From assembly GCA_001275005.1 (NCBI GenBank), contig JWZX01003284.1:1-46570 (forward strand): a DNA stretch of 46,570 nt, read 5' to 3'. Position numbers and translations under genes: made by a program. The notes beneath the pieces were generated by a model. That model was not told the DNA's origin, made no database searches, and saw only the letters and a program-made list of their open reading frames with translations. The DNA comes from Chrysochromulina tobinii (Eukaryota). Of the stretch, positions 11,301 to 20,751 are shown one piece after another (the first letter of the stretch is position 1; the number at the start of each line of letters is the position of its first letter).

Positions 11301-14300
11301 TGCGCCTCGCGCGCGAGCTCTGGGCCTACGTGGAGCATCCCCTGCACTGCGCACTGATCGCAAGCCACGTGCTCAACGTGATCGCGTCGCGCGCGTCGGC
11401 TGCCAAGATTGAGGCGCGCGCGGCGGCGGCCGAGATAGAAGCTTGGGCGATGGGCGTGATGGACGAAATCCAGGAGCAGGAGGTCGGCCACTGGCTGCTC
11501 TCGCAGCACGTGCCTGCGTGGGGGCTCGGCTCGATCGTCGATCTCGCCCTCCAGGTGCGATCTCCCTTGATGAGCACTGATTGCATGCTGAGTGCACTCC
11601 CTCGGTTCGATCGTCGATCTCGCACCCTCCGATGGAGCTCGTGAGGAGATCGTCGATCTCGCACCCTCCGATGGAGCTCGTGAGGAGATCGTCGATCTCG
11701 CACCCTCCGATGGAGTTCGTGAGCTTCCTCGGATGGCCTGATGGCCTCGGATTGCCTATGATGGCCTCTGATTGCCTCTGATTGCCTCTGATTGCCACTC
11801 ATGAGCTCTTCGATCTCGATCTCGCCCCCCAGATGGAGCTCAAGACCTTCCTCGCGCATCGTCACTGCCAGTCGCTGATGGATCTACGATGGCGCGGCGG
11901 CTTCCCGGTGCTTACCTCTAGGCCTCTGATGGCCTCTGATGGCCTCTGATAGCCTCTGATGGCCTCTGATGGCCTCTGATGGCCTCTGATGGCCTCTGAT
12001 GGCCTCTGATGGCCTCTGATGGCCTCTGATGGCCTCTGATGGCCTCTGATGCGCGGCGGCTTCCGTGCCTTCAGGGCTCCGGCTGCATCGTGCCTGCGTC
12101 CCACTCGATGCCCCTCATTTCTGCGTGGATGCTCTTCCCCTTGTTGAACCCGTACTTGCGGCGCGACGCTGAGGGCAAGTCCGGCGAACGCTCATCCAAT
12201 GCCCCAACCCATTCCCCCGGGGGATCTTCGACTTTTGGCAACGATGGGTACGATGAGGATGATGACTTCTGATGACCTGTGATGACTTCTGATGACCTCT
12301 GATGACCTCTGATGACCTCTGATGGCCTCCCTCATCAGGTACGATGAGGATGATGGGCAAGTCAGCCCGATTGGGGAGGATCCCGAGCTCTTGCTCGGGG
12401 CGCTCGCGGAGGCGCTCAACCTCAAGGAGTACGTCTGATGGCTTCTGATGAGCTTTGATTCCCTCTGAGTGCCTCTCATCGCCTCTGATGGCCTCTGATG
12501 GCCTCCAGTGGCCTCCAATGGCCTCTGAGTGCCTCTGATGGCCTCTGAGTGCCCTGAGTGCCTCTGATGGCGCCCCTGTCTCAGGTTCGAGAAGAAGAAG
12601 GCACGGGCCGCTCTCGATGTCGAGGCGGAGAAGAAGCGCCTTGAGGTGGAGAAGGAGAGTGCTCTGCAGAAGGCGCTGGCGGAGGCTGCGCGTGCAAAGG
12701 CAAAGGAGGAGTGGGCGGCGCAGCGTGCTGCTCAAGAGGCACGCTCGGGCGCGGGCGTGGTGGACCCACGTCACCAGAGGTCACCTGATCAGAGGTCACC
12801 TGAGGATCTCCGCGATCTCCCTCCGAAGAAGGCATTCAAGAGCGTCGCGGTCAACGTGATGGAGATGGATGACAAGCGCGGGGTGGGTGTAGATGGATCA
12901 CCAACTAAGCGGCTCGCGGTCACGCTCCGCGCCCTCTCCCTTCGTCGGGAAGGCTCGCAGTCCGCTCTGCTCGGGCGCTCATTCAAGCACCAGCAGACCT
13001 TCTCGCACTCGGTCAAAAGTCTCGTCAACCGCGGGTTTCGTGACGCACCGGAGGTGGCCAAGAGACCCAAGAGTGTGAATGTGAATGGCTTCTACTCAGT
13101 GCTCTTGATTGCGTCCCTCATCAGGTGGCCAAGAGACCCAAGAGTGGTTTCTACTCAGTGCCCCTGGTCAAGTACTGCATGCGCGCCGTGTCGCACGTGC
13201 TCTTCTTGTGCCTCTATTTCGAGGTCTGCACCCATCTGCTCACCTCGCTGATGACCTCTGATGACATCGGATTGCTTCTGATGACCTCTTGATTTCCTAC
13301 CTCATCAGGTCCTCACCCATCTGCTCACGGTGGATCAGCTCTGGGCCATGTCACCGAGGCTGCCGCCGCTCACGTGGGCCGAGCTGATGCTGATCGTCTG
13401 GTCCCTTACACTGGGGTACGAGCATCGGCAGCGCGACTACCTGATGAAAACGTACGGGCTGATTGCGGACTCATGGCTCAAGTCACTTGTGAACACGGCG
13501 CACATGGTGATGAATGCCGCCATCGGGCTGCGCCTCGTCACGCGGATCCCGGGCTTCGAGTTCGCCTCGGCGTATACGGCCTATCAGACGCTAGTCTCGT
13601 TCGACGCCGTCCTCATGTGTTGCGAGACGTTCACTTTCATGTGGACTTCACACAATTTCGGCATCCTGGCGATCACGCTCGTGCAGATGATGATCGACCT
13701 CTCGCTATTCCTCGTCTTCTTCTCGGTCATTATCGTCGGCTTCTGCTTCGCGCTCGTCGGCCTCTCAGAGACGGTGATTGCAGCTGATTGCGTCTGAGTG
13801 GCCCTTTGATTGCGTCTGCTTCGCACTCGTGGCCTCTCAGAGACGGTGATTGCAGATGATTGCGTCTGAATGGCCCTTTGAGTGCGCCTGATGGCCTCCC
13901 TCATCAGGCTGGAGAACACGATCTACTCTCCGCAGCCACTTTCGAAGACATCAAATCCGCGGGCCACACCCTCTCCGGCGCCGCCGTCGCCGCCGCATCC
14001 GTCGCTTCGGATTCTATTCGGGCCGGCATCACGTCGGCGTCGGCGTCGGGTGGTCGACGCCTATCAGTCGACGCGACGGACTCTGTGGACCGGCGTCTGC
14101 TGTCGGCCATCGACATGCTCGGCGGCGGTGGTGGTGGCGGCGGAGGCGTGCAGACCGAGCCCCTGGCGCTCTATTGGCAACCTTTCTGGTACATGTACGC
14201 CGAGTTTGACATCGATGTGCTTCGTCAAGTGCCCTTCGCTCTCCCGCTAATGTGGGTGTACGTGCTGCTCGCCAACGTTGTGCTCGTCAACATGCTGATC

Positions 14301-15262
14301 GCGATGTTTGCGGACACGTACACGCGCATCAAGCGGAACGCGGAGGTCGAGTATCAGTATCAGCACTACCTTCACATCTTCGAGTACCAGCACGTCGTGC
14401 ACCATCTGCCGCCGCCCTTCAATGCTCCCATGCTGCTCTGGGATGCCTGCCGCGCATGCTTCCGCTCGACCGAGGCCCTGGAGCGGCTCGTCCGAATGGA
14501 CTTTGGCGCCTTTCCAGAGCGTGAGTACCTGGAGCTGTATGGGGCGGCGCCGCTGCTTCATGGGGCAGGTTCCTCGGGCAGCTCCACTCTGAGCCGCAAG
14601 TGCGTGCTTGGCTCTTGCTCTGATGCGCTCTGATGCGCTCTGATGCGCTCTGATGGGCTCTGATGGGCTCTTATGGGCTCTGATGGGCTCTGATTGGTTG
14701 AGAGCCTGTGCGCGCCACTGATGACCTGCGATGACCTCTGATGACCTCCGATGCCCTGTGATGGCCCACTGATGCCCGCTGATGACCTCTGATTGCCTCC
14801 CTCCTCAGGTATGTTCAGCGATTCCTCAAGGCTCGCGCGGAGGTGACGAACCACTGATGACCTCTGATTGCCTCCCTCAGGTATGTTCAGCGATTCCTCA
14901 AGGCTCGCGCGGAGGTGACGAACCAGACGTCGCAGGCGGCGCTCGTGCGCCGTATTGAGCAGATGGTCGACGATCTTGAGGAGAGCCTGCAGCACGAGTT
15001 CGAGCACATCAGCAACAGCCTCGTGGCGCAGCGCGACGAGACGAACCGCAAGTTTAAGTACATTGTGGCCGCCGTCGACCGCGCGGCACGCGGCGAGGTC
15101 GCCAAGTCGAGCCAGGTGGGCGTGCAGGCGATGAAGGAGGCAGTCCGCGCCCCCACCACCTCGCCGCCTGCGACGTTGCGCACGGCACCGCAGGGCGGCG
15201 GCGGCGGTGGCGGCGGGCCCGGCGGTGCGGCCCAGCCCAAGAGGATACAAAGGCAGGTTTAG
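8359..15262 (+). CDS. TRPM-like cation channel with N-terminal SLOG/MHR region; 15 exons (introns 9007-9088, 9235-9385, 9562-10027, 10357-10613, 10780-10856, 11122-11280, 11555-11832, 11908-12074, 12248-12338, 12429-12584, 13054-13124, 13224-13308, 13774-13907, 14600-14880)
   Basis: The spliced frame is continuous. It shows TRPM hallmarks LISVTGSA, AWIFTGGTDSGVMKLVGEA, VGVAPWG, LNPYHTHQILVD, GSEIGLRSRLE, VPVVQLVIQGG, ILADSGGAA, LLLTVKWNQ, KTFLAHRHCQSLMDLRWRG and FYSVPLVKY. S6 reads ANVVLVNMLIAMFADTY, followed by LPPPFN and a C-terminal coiled coil. All introns are GT-AG with consistent phases. Confidence 0.85.
9197..9384 (+). repeat. 94-bp tandem duplication spanning an exon end and a whole intron unit
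   Basis: ggctcggagatcggg...ctccctcatca at 9197-9290 and 9291-9384, nearly identical. Confidence 0.9.
9566..10025 (+). repeat. Intronic degenerate array of CTGAGTGCAT/CTGATTGCAT units plus (GATTGCCACG)n
   Basis: Visible repeats filling TRPM intron 3. Confidence 0.85.
11609..11723 (+). repeat. Three 39-bp intronic repeats resembling the spliced exon7-exon8 junction
   Basis: Unit gatcgtcgatctcgcaccctccgatggagctcgtgagga at 11609, 11648 and 11687, compared with the spliced junction gatcgtcgatctcgccctccag|atggagctc. Confidence 0.9.
11921..12050 (+). repeat. (GGCCTCTGAT)x13 intronic array
   Basis: Near-perfect decamer tandem repeat with one variant unit. Confidence 0.95.
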
Positions 15263-15643
15263 AGAATGAGTGGCCCGGAACGGAAAGAGGAATCCGAACC
15301 GTAACGGGCTGTCTTCAACTTTCAAGAGACGCAAGAAGACTAGCGTACAGTGATGCGAAACAAGCCGCACGATGCTTATGGTATACACTGACGTACGGGA
15401 GAGGTTCGTGTACGTGTAGAATTACCGTCGCCTCACATATCCAACATCTTTTGCTCGGACGCTCCTCGCTCGCGGCGCGGCGCGCCCACATTCAGCGACA
15501 GGAATCACCGCGCACCCTCCAAGAGCACAGCTCAGCGAGCGCGTGTGCTCTAATCGCAGCACGCGCCAGCCTCTGCCGGACTCCGGACCCCGCTGGCTCC
15601 GCCTGCCGAGGACCCTCGGGAAATCTTACGCCTGTGGGGAAAT

Positions 15644-18600
15644 CTACGCCATGCCCATCGCCGTGCCCAGCACGTGCTGCGCGAGCGCCCGGACGCGCCC
15701 GTCGGCCTCCTGCTGCGAGGCGAGCCGGTAAAGACCGCTGAGGAGCGCCTCGCCGCCCATGACGGCGCTGGCAGCGGTCTCCGGAGCGCCGTCGTGGGCG
15801 CCGCCGCTGACGCCACCACCGCTAGCCGCAGTACTGCTGGTGAGCGCGCTGGTGACGGCAAGCACTACGCCGAGCAGCTTGACCGCTGCCAGCCGCGCGT
15901 CCTCATGGGCGCTTCGACCGTCCGCCTTCGCGCGCTCGGCTAGGGCTGCGAGCGAGATCGCGTCGAGATGCGCTTGGCTGTGGAAAGCGAGCTCGAAGAG
16001 CGCCTGTGTGACCGGCGCGCCCGAGCGTCGCAGCAGCAACGGCAGCGCGCGTGCCGCGAGCACGGCCGCCGCGGGCGCCCCACCTTGCGCGTGCCGCATA
16101 CGCGTCGCGAGTGTGATGATGGCCAGCGCGTGCGAGAGTGTGGTGCTGTCCCCGAGCAGCGCATCCACGCATCGCTCCATCGAGCGCTCAATCGACCAGC
16201 CAGCAGCGAAGGTCGCGCCGTCCGTGCCCGCACACGTGGCCTCTGCCCAGTCGCCACCCTCGCCCATCCCCCGAGTGGACCCCTCGCCCATCCCCTGAGT
16301 GGAACCCTCGCGCGGGGCCCCTTGGAGCCCCACACACCACGTACGAGCCAGCAGGTCGACGCAGCCCATTCCGAGGCGCTCGAGGGCCTCCAGCGCGACA
16401 CGCGTCGTATCGGGCTCCTGCGCGGCACGCGGGCCGTTGGACAGCGGCGCGGCGCGCAGTACGGAGATGAGAGCCCCTGAGGAGCGACTGATGGCCGTAC
16501 TCACAGGGGCTGGATGCAGCACGACGGCGCAGCACAGGTAGTAGAGCGCGAGTCCACTGGTCGCATGAGCAGCGAGCTCTCGAGGCCTTCGACCCAGGGC
16601 AGCCACGCGCGCCAGCATAGTCTCGAGCGCAACTGCAGGCGGCAGGCGCGCCAGGAGAGCGCTCGCCATTTTGCGCACCGGCTGCTGCTCGGCGCCATCG
16701 GATACACGGGCAAGCAAAGCGCGTGCGCACGAGGGTAGCTCGGCGGCCAAGGAGGGCGCCACCGCGTCAGCCGATGCCAAGGCGACCGGTACAACGGCGT
16801 CCGAAACGGCAGCCGTTTCGGACGCCGCCTCGTCGTTTTCTGCGTGCCCACCGCCGCCACCGCCGCCGCCTACGCCGCCGTCGCCTCCGCCTTCGCCGTC
16901 GCCTCCGCCGTCGCCGCCCCCGCGCTCGAAAGCCCCCGCGGCAGAGCATCCGTCGCCTCCAAAGCGTCGCCGGGCAAGGGACGCCCGGCACGACGCCCAC
17001 CCAGCCATCCTCAGGCAGCATCTGTAGGAGTAACAGCGGACGCAGACGGTCGTACAGCATCGGATCCGCGTTCGCGCCCGCAACCGCCGTGGCTGCGGCG
17101 GCGGCGTGTGCCTCGGGTTGAGTGGAGCCTTTGCAGTTGGACCCTTTGCAGTTGGTCCCTTTGCAGACCACCTCGAGTCGTACCACTGCCGCTCGCACGA
17201 CGAGCGCCTGCCACGCGTCGTGTCCCCGCGTTATGGCGAGCATACGCTTGAGTACCTGCAGCGAGCAGACGTCCTGTGCGGCCGCAAAGAACTTCGGTGC
17301 ATGCAAGCCGGAAGGCGCGAGGCCACGTGCTCTCATCGAGGTTCGTCACCCAGCCCTCGAGAGCCCCGCAGTAGCAGCACGCCGCCCTCGCCGGCGTCCG
17401 CCGCTACACCTGCTGTACCTGCCGCGTCCGCTGCACCCCCACCGCTGCTGCTGCTGCTCGCAGCGGTCGCGCTAGCGGTGCGGTGGCCCGTGCCGGTGCG
17501 CTGGTCCGTGCCGGTTCTGTGATCCGTGCCAACGAAAGCGGCCTGCGCTGGCGGCCCGAAGTGCGCCGGGCTGGTGAGCAGCGGGAACGGTGCAACGGGT
17601 GTCTCCGCACACACCTCCCGAGGAGCTGCGGCGCCGTCTTTGAGAGCATCGATGACGGCACCGATCGTCTCGGCGGCACCCCGAGGCCCTGCGAGCACCG
17701 CGGCCAAAGCCGCCTCGAGCGCAGCAGCGGCAGCGGCGGCAGCGGCGGCGGCAGCAGCAGCAGCAGCGGCAGCGGCAGCGGCAGCAGAAGGAAGAGGAGC
17801 GCCGTCTTGAGCAGCAGCGGCACTCTTGCCAGTGCTCTTGGCAGCCTCGGCTGGGGTTAGGCGGCTTGTGGAAGGAGCCGCCTTGGCCGCGGTGGGGCGG
17901 GCCGCTTCGAGAAGCTGAGGGAGCGTCACCGTCGGGTCCAGTCGTGCGAGCAAGCCCAGCCACTCCCCAACGGCTGGCCGTTGCCCAGGCTCGCTCGTCG
18001 CCCCTCCCTCTGGAGGCAAGGGGTGCTGCAGCGCGTGGCGCAGCACTCGCCTGGAGACCTGCGCCTCCGCCCGTCGCCCAAGCAAGCGGCTCAGGTCAGC
18101 GCCGCCCCCGGCCATGCGCATGAGCACCGCAAGCGCCACGGCGCGTTGCGTCGCCACCGGGGAGCCGAGCTTTTCTGCGAGATCCGCGAGCAGCTCTTCG
18201 GGATATGCATGCGCAAGGGCCGCGAGGGCCGTCACCACCGGCGCACTCGGTGCGTCCGTGGCTTGCAGTAGATTGAGCACAGGCTGTAGCAGCACGGCGG
18301 CGGTGGCGGCGGGGGCGGTGGCGCTGCCGCTGGTGGCGGCGCTGGAAGGTGCCTCAGCGGCGGCGGCGGGCAACGTGAGTATCGTGGGCAGGAGCATCTG
18401 GAGCATCGCAAGCGGAAGCGCCGCGTCCGCGAGGCTCGTGCAGCGTGCGCACAGGGCGGTGTACAGGCGCGGATGTAGCCGCTCGAACAAGGTGGCACGG
18501 CTGGACGTGTCGAGGGCTGCAAGCTGAAGGGCCAGAGCACAGAGAGCTTCGAAGCCCAGACGGGCGCGACATGCTTCGTCGTCCTCTCCCGGCAGCGGCA

Positions 18601-19741
18601 CTGCCGCTGCCGCTGCCGCGCCGCCCGCGAGCGGCGACGCCGCCGCTGCTGCCATCGCCGCCGACGTCGCCGCGGCCATCGCTCGAGGGTCGGAGGCGGA
18701 GGAAGCGGAAGCGGAGGAAGCGGCCGGTGGCGTGGGCGGCGGCGGCGGCGGCGGCGAAGGCGAAGGCAGCGTGGCTCCCGTAGAGCGTGGCGCCGTCGTG
18801 AGCACTTGCATGCAGGCCTGCCCCAGTCGGCGCGTGGGTGGTGGCGGCGGCAGCGTGGCTCCAAGCAGCAGCATCCAGCGCTCCGCTTGCACGTGGACGT
18901 GCTCAGCACGGCGCTCGACCTCGCTCACGAGCCGCGGCGCGCAGCTCAGCCAGAGCGAGCCGAAGCGAGCCAGACCGAGCTCGGCTGCAGCAGCGAGCTC
19001 AGCAACGGCCAGCTCACGCAGGAGCTCAGCGATCGCCACTCCAAAGAGCCGCTGCGATCGTCGCCAAGCACCCAACACATGCAACAAGCGATGCGCCTCC
19101 GCCGTGCAGTCCAGCAGCGCGCGCACCCATGGGTTGTTGTCGCCATGGCTCGCGCCGCGAGCGCCCACGCTGCTCATTGTCGCGCGGCGGCAGAGCTCGG
19201 TGAGGCATGCGACGGCGGCATCCGCGCAAGCGACCATCACATTGGATGGCGCGACGGCGCCCTCGTCGCACGCGCTCAACGTGGCGCGGAGGAGCTCGAC
19301 AACAGTACACGGCGACCACACGCATCGCGCCGCACGTTGCAGCGGTAGCGCCTCGAGCAGCGCGAGCGCCGAAGCCAGCTTGAGTCTGCTGCAGTCGTGT
19401 GCCCTCAGGATGCCCGTCGAGAGCTCGGTGGTGGCGGCGCCGCCGAATGTGCCGTGGCCGATCATCCAGCGCACCAGCATGGCAATCTGCTGGTGCCGAT
19501 GGCCGCGCCGGCGGCCCGCGCCGAACTCGAGGAAGAGCGAGAGCACGTGGCGAGTGGAGGTCGAGGCCGCGGTCGCGTCCTGCTGCTGGTCGAGGAGGAA
19601 GCGCTCAACCTCGTGCAAGGCGCGCGACTCTACCATGTCTGGCACGTCGTCCGAGCCGAGTGCGAGCAGCAACGACTCGCGTGGCGCGTGCAGGAGCGTA
19701 GCGACCGCATGTCCAAGCGGAAGGCTCCCGTCGCCGGCCAT
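15644..19741 (-). CDS. Large Ala-rich helical-repeat (ARM/HEAT-like) protein, interrupted by about 3 apparent frameshifts (near 17365, 17295, 16965)
   Basis: ORFs 17333-19741, 17011-17349, 16767-17336 and 15644-17083 stitch into ...VLLLR/ALEGWVTNLDESTWPRAFRLAC/KFFAAAQDVCSLQVLKRML...LYDRLRPLLLLQMLP.../FGGDG...VRKMASALLARLPP. Each switch is a single-base shift with no intron signals. The family assignment is inference from the amphipathic Leu/Ala helices. Confidence 0.55.
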
Positions 19742-19945
19742 TTCTAGACACGTGTGTGATTAGTGTGAATGGCAACCCCTGGTGCTACGGCACTGTTACT
19801 GCCCGCTCAGGTTACATGTACACACACCCGGTGTGTGAAAGACGAAGACGAACTTTGCGTCTTCGCGCGAGCTTCGCGAACGAAGGCTCTTCGCATCGGC
19901 GAAGCGTCCGCCTTCCGCGAGGCCTTTACGCCGTCCGGCGGCCAA

Positions 19946-20651
19946 AGTGCGTCATGACGGCCACTGCGCCAGAGCCCCGGATGACGAGAACGCTGCGCGC
20001 GCCCGAAGCCCGCCTGGGCGCCACGGCCGCGCGCGCGCGGGGGCTCGGACGGAGCGCGGCCTCCTGTGCATCACGTCTCACCCTTTGCCCGGCGTTGACT
20101 CTCGCCTTGCAGTGCCAATCTCTCCGTACTGCCCGGAGTATGCGCCCTTCTTCGGCTTCATGGGCGCGGCGCTCGCGCTGGTCTTTGGGAACATGGGCGC
20201 CGCGTACGGCACGTGGAAGTCTGCCATAGGCCTCGCGACCATTGCCAAGCTGCCTCGAAATAAGGTGCAGACGGAGATGGTGATGAAGTCGATCATGCCC
20301 GTGATTCTGTCGGGTGTGTGCGGCATCTTCGGCCTCATCATCGCCGTGATCATCTCCTCCGGCATGCGCACGCCCAGCGGCCCAGGCACCACGACCTATT
20401 CGCTCTACACTGGCTACGCGCACCTCGGCGCGGGACTAACCGTCGGCCTGAGCAACCTCGCGTCGGGTCTCGCGATCGGCATGTGCGGCACGTGCGGCGT
20501 GCAGGACTCGTGCCGACAACCCAAGCTGTACATTGGCATGGTGCTCATCTGGAGTTTCGGCTCGGCGCTCGGCCTGTACGGCCTCATCGTCGCCCTCATC
20601 ATCGCGACGAAGGACGGCTCCGAGCTTTGCGAGCTGACGGGCCCGAGCTGA
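19946..20651 (+). CDS. V-ATPase V0 proteolipid subunit c-like (16 kDa family), lacking the canonical TM4 glutamate; exons 19946 (A) and 20113-20651
   Basis: MPISPYCPEYAPFFGFMGAALALVFGNMGAAYGTWKS...KSIMPVILSGVCGIFGLIIAVII...SLYTGYAHLGAGLTVGLSNLASGLAIG...QPKLYIGMVLIWSFGSALGLYGLIVALII. Removing the intron at 19947-20112 (GTGCGT...TTGAC...TTGCAG) creates A|TG. Confidence 0.9.
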
Positions 20652-20751
20652 TCTCAGTGGGAGGGCAAGCAAGCATGTCATGAAGCATTTGCGTAATTTC
20701 CTAACTTTCGAAACAACGAAACTTGCATTTTCTACTTCTCTTCCAGTGGCC

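Noticed and set aside
11609..11723. CRISPR-like appearance of 39-bp repeats (also 21523-21730)
   Set aside because: The units are contiguous with no unique spacers, there are no cas genes, and the context is eukaryotic intron/exon.
6612..14800. ORFs of the GHQRPSEAIR / MASD type
   Set aside because: Translations of intronic decamer repeats, not proteins.
18732..19763. Long + strand ORF (343 aa) and similar antisense ORFs such as 2684-3550 and 38059-38982
   Set aside because: Mirror frames of GC-rich genes on the opposite strand, with no motifs.
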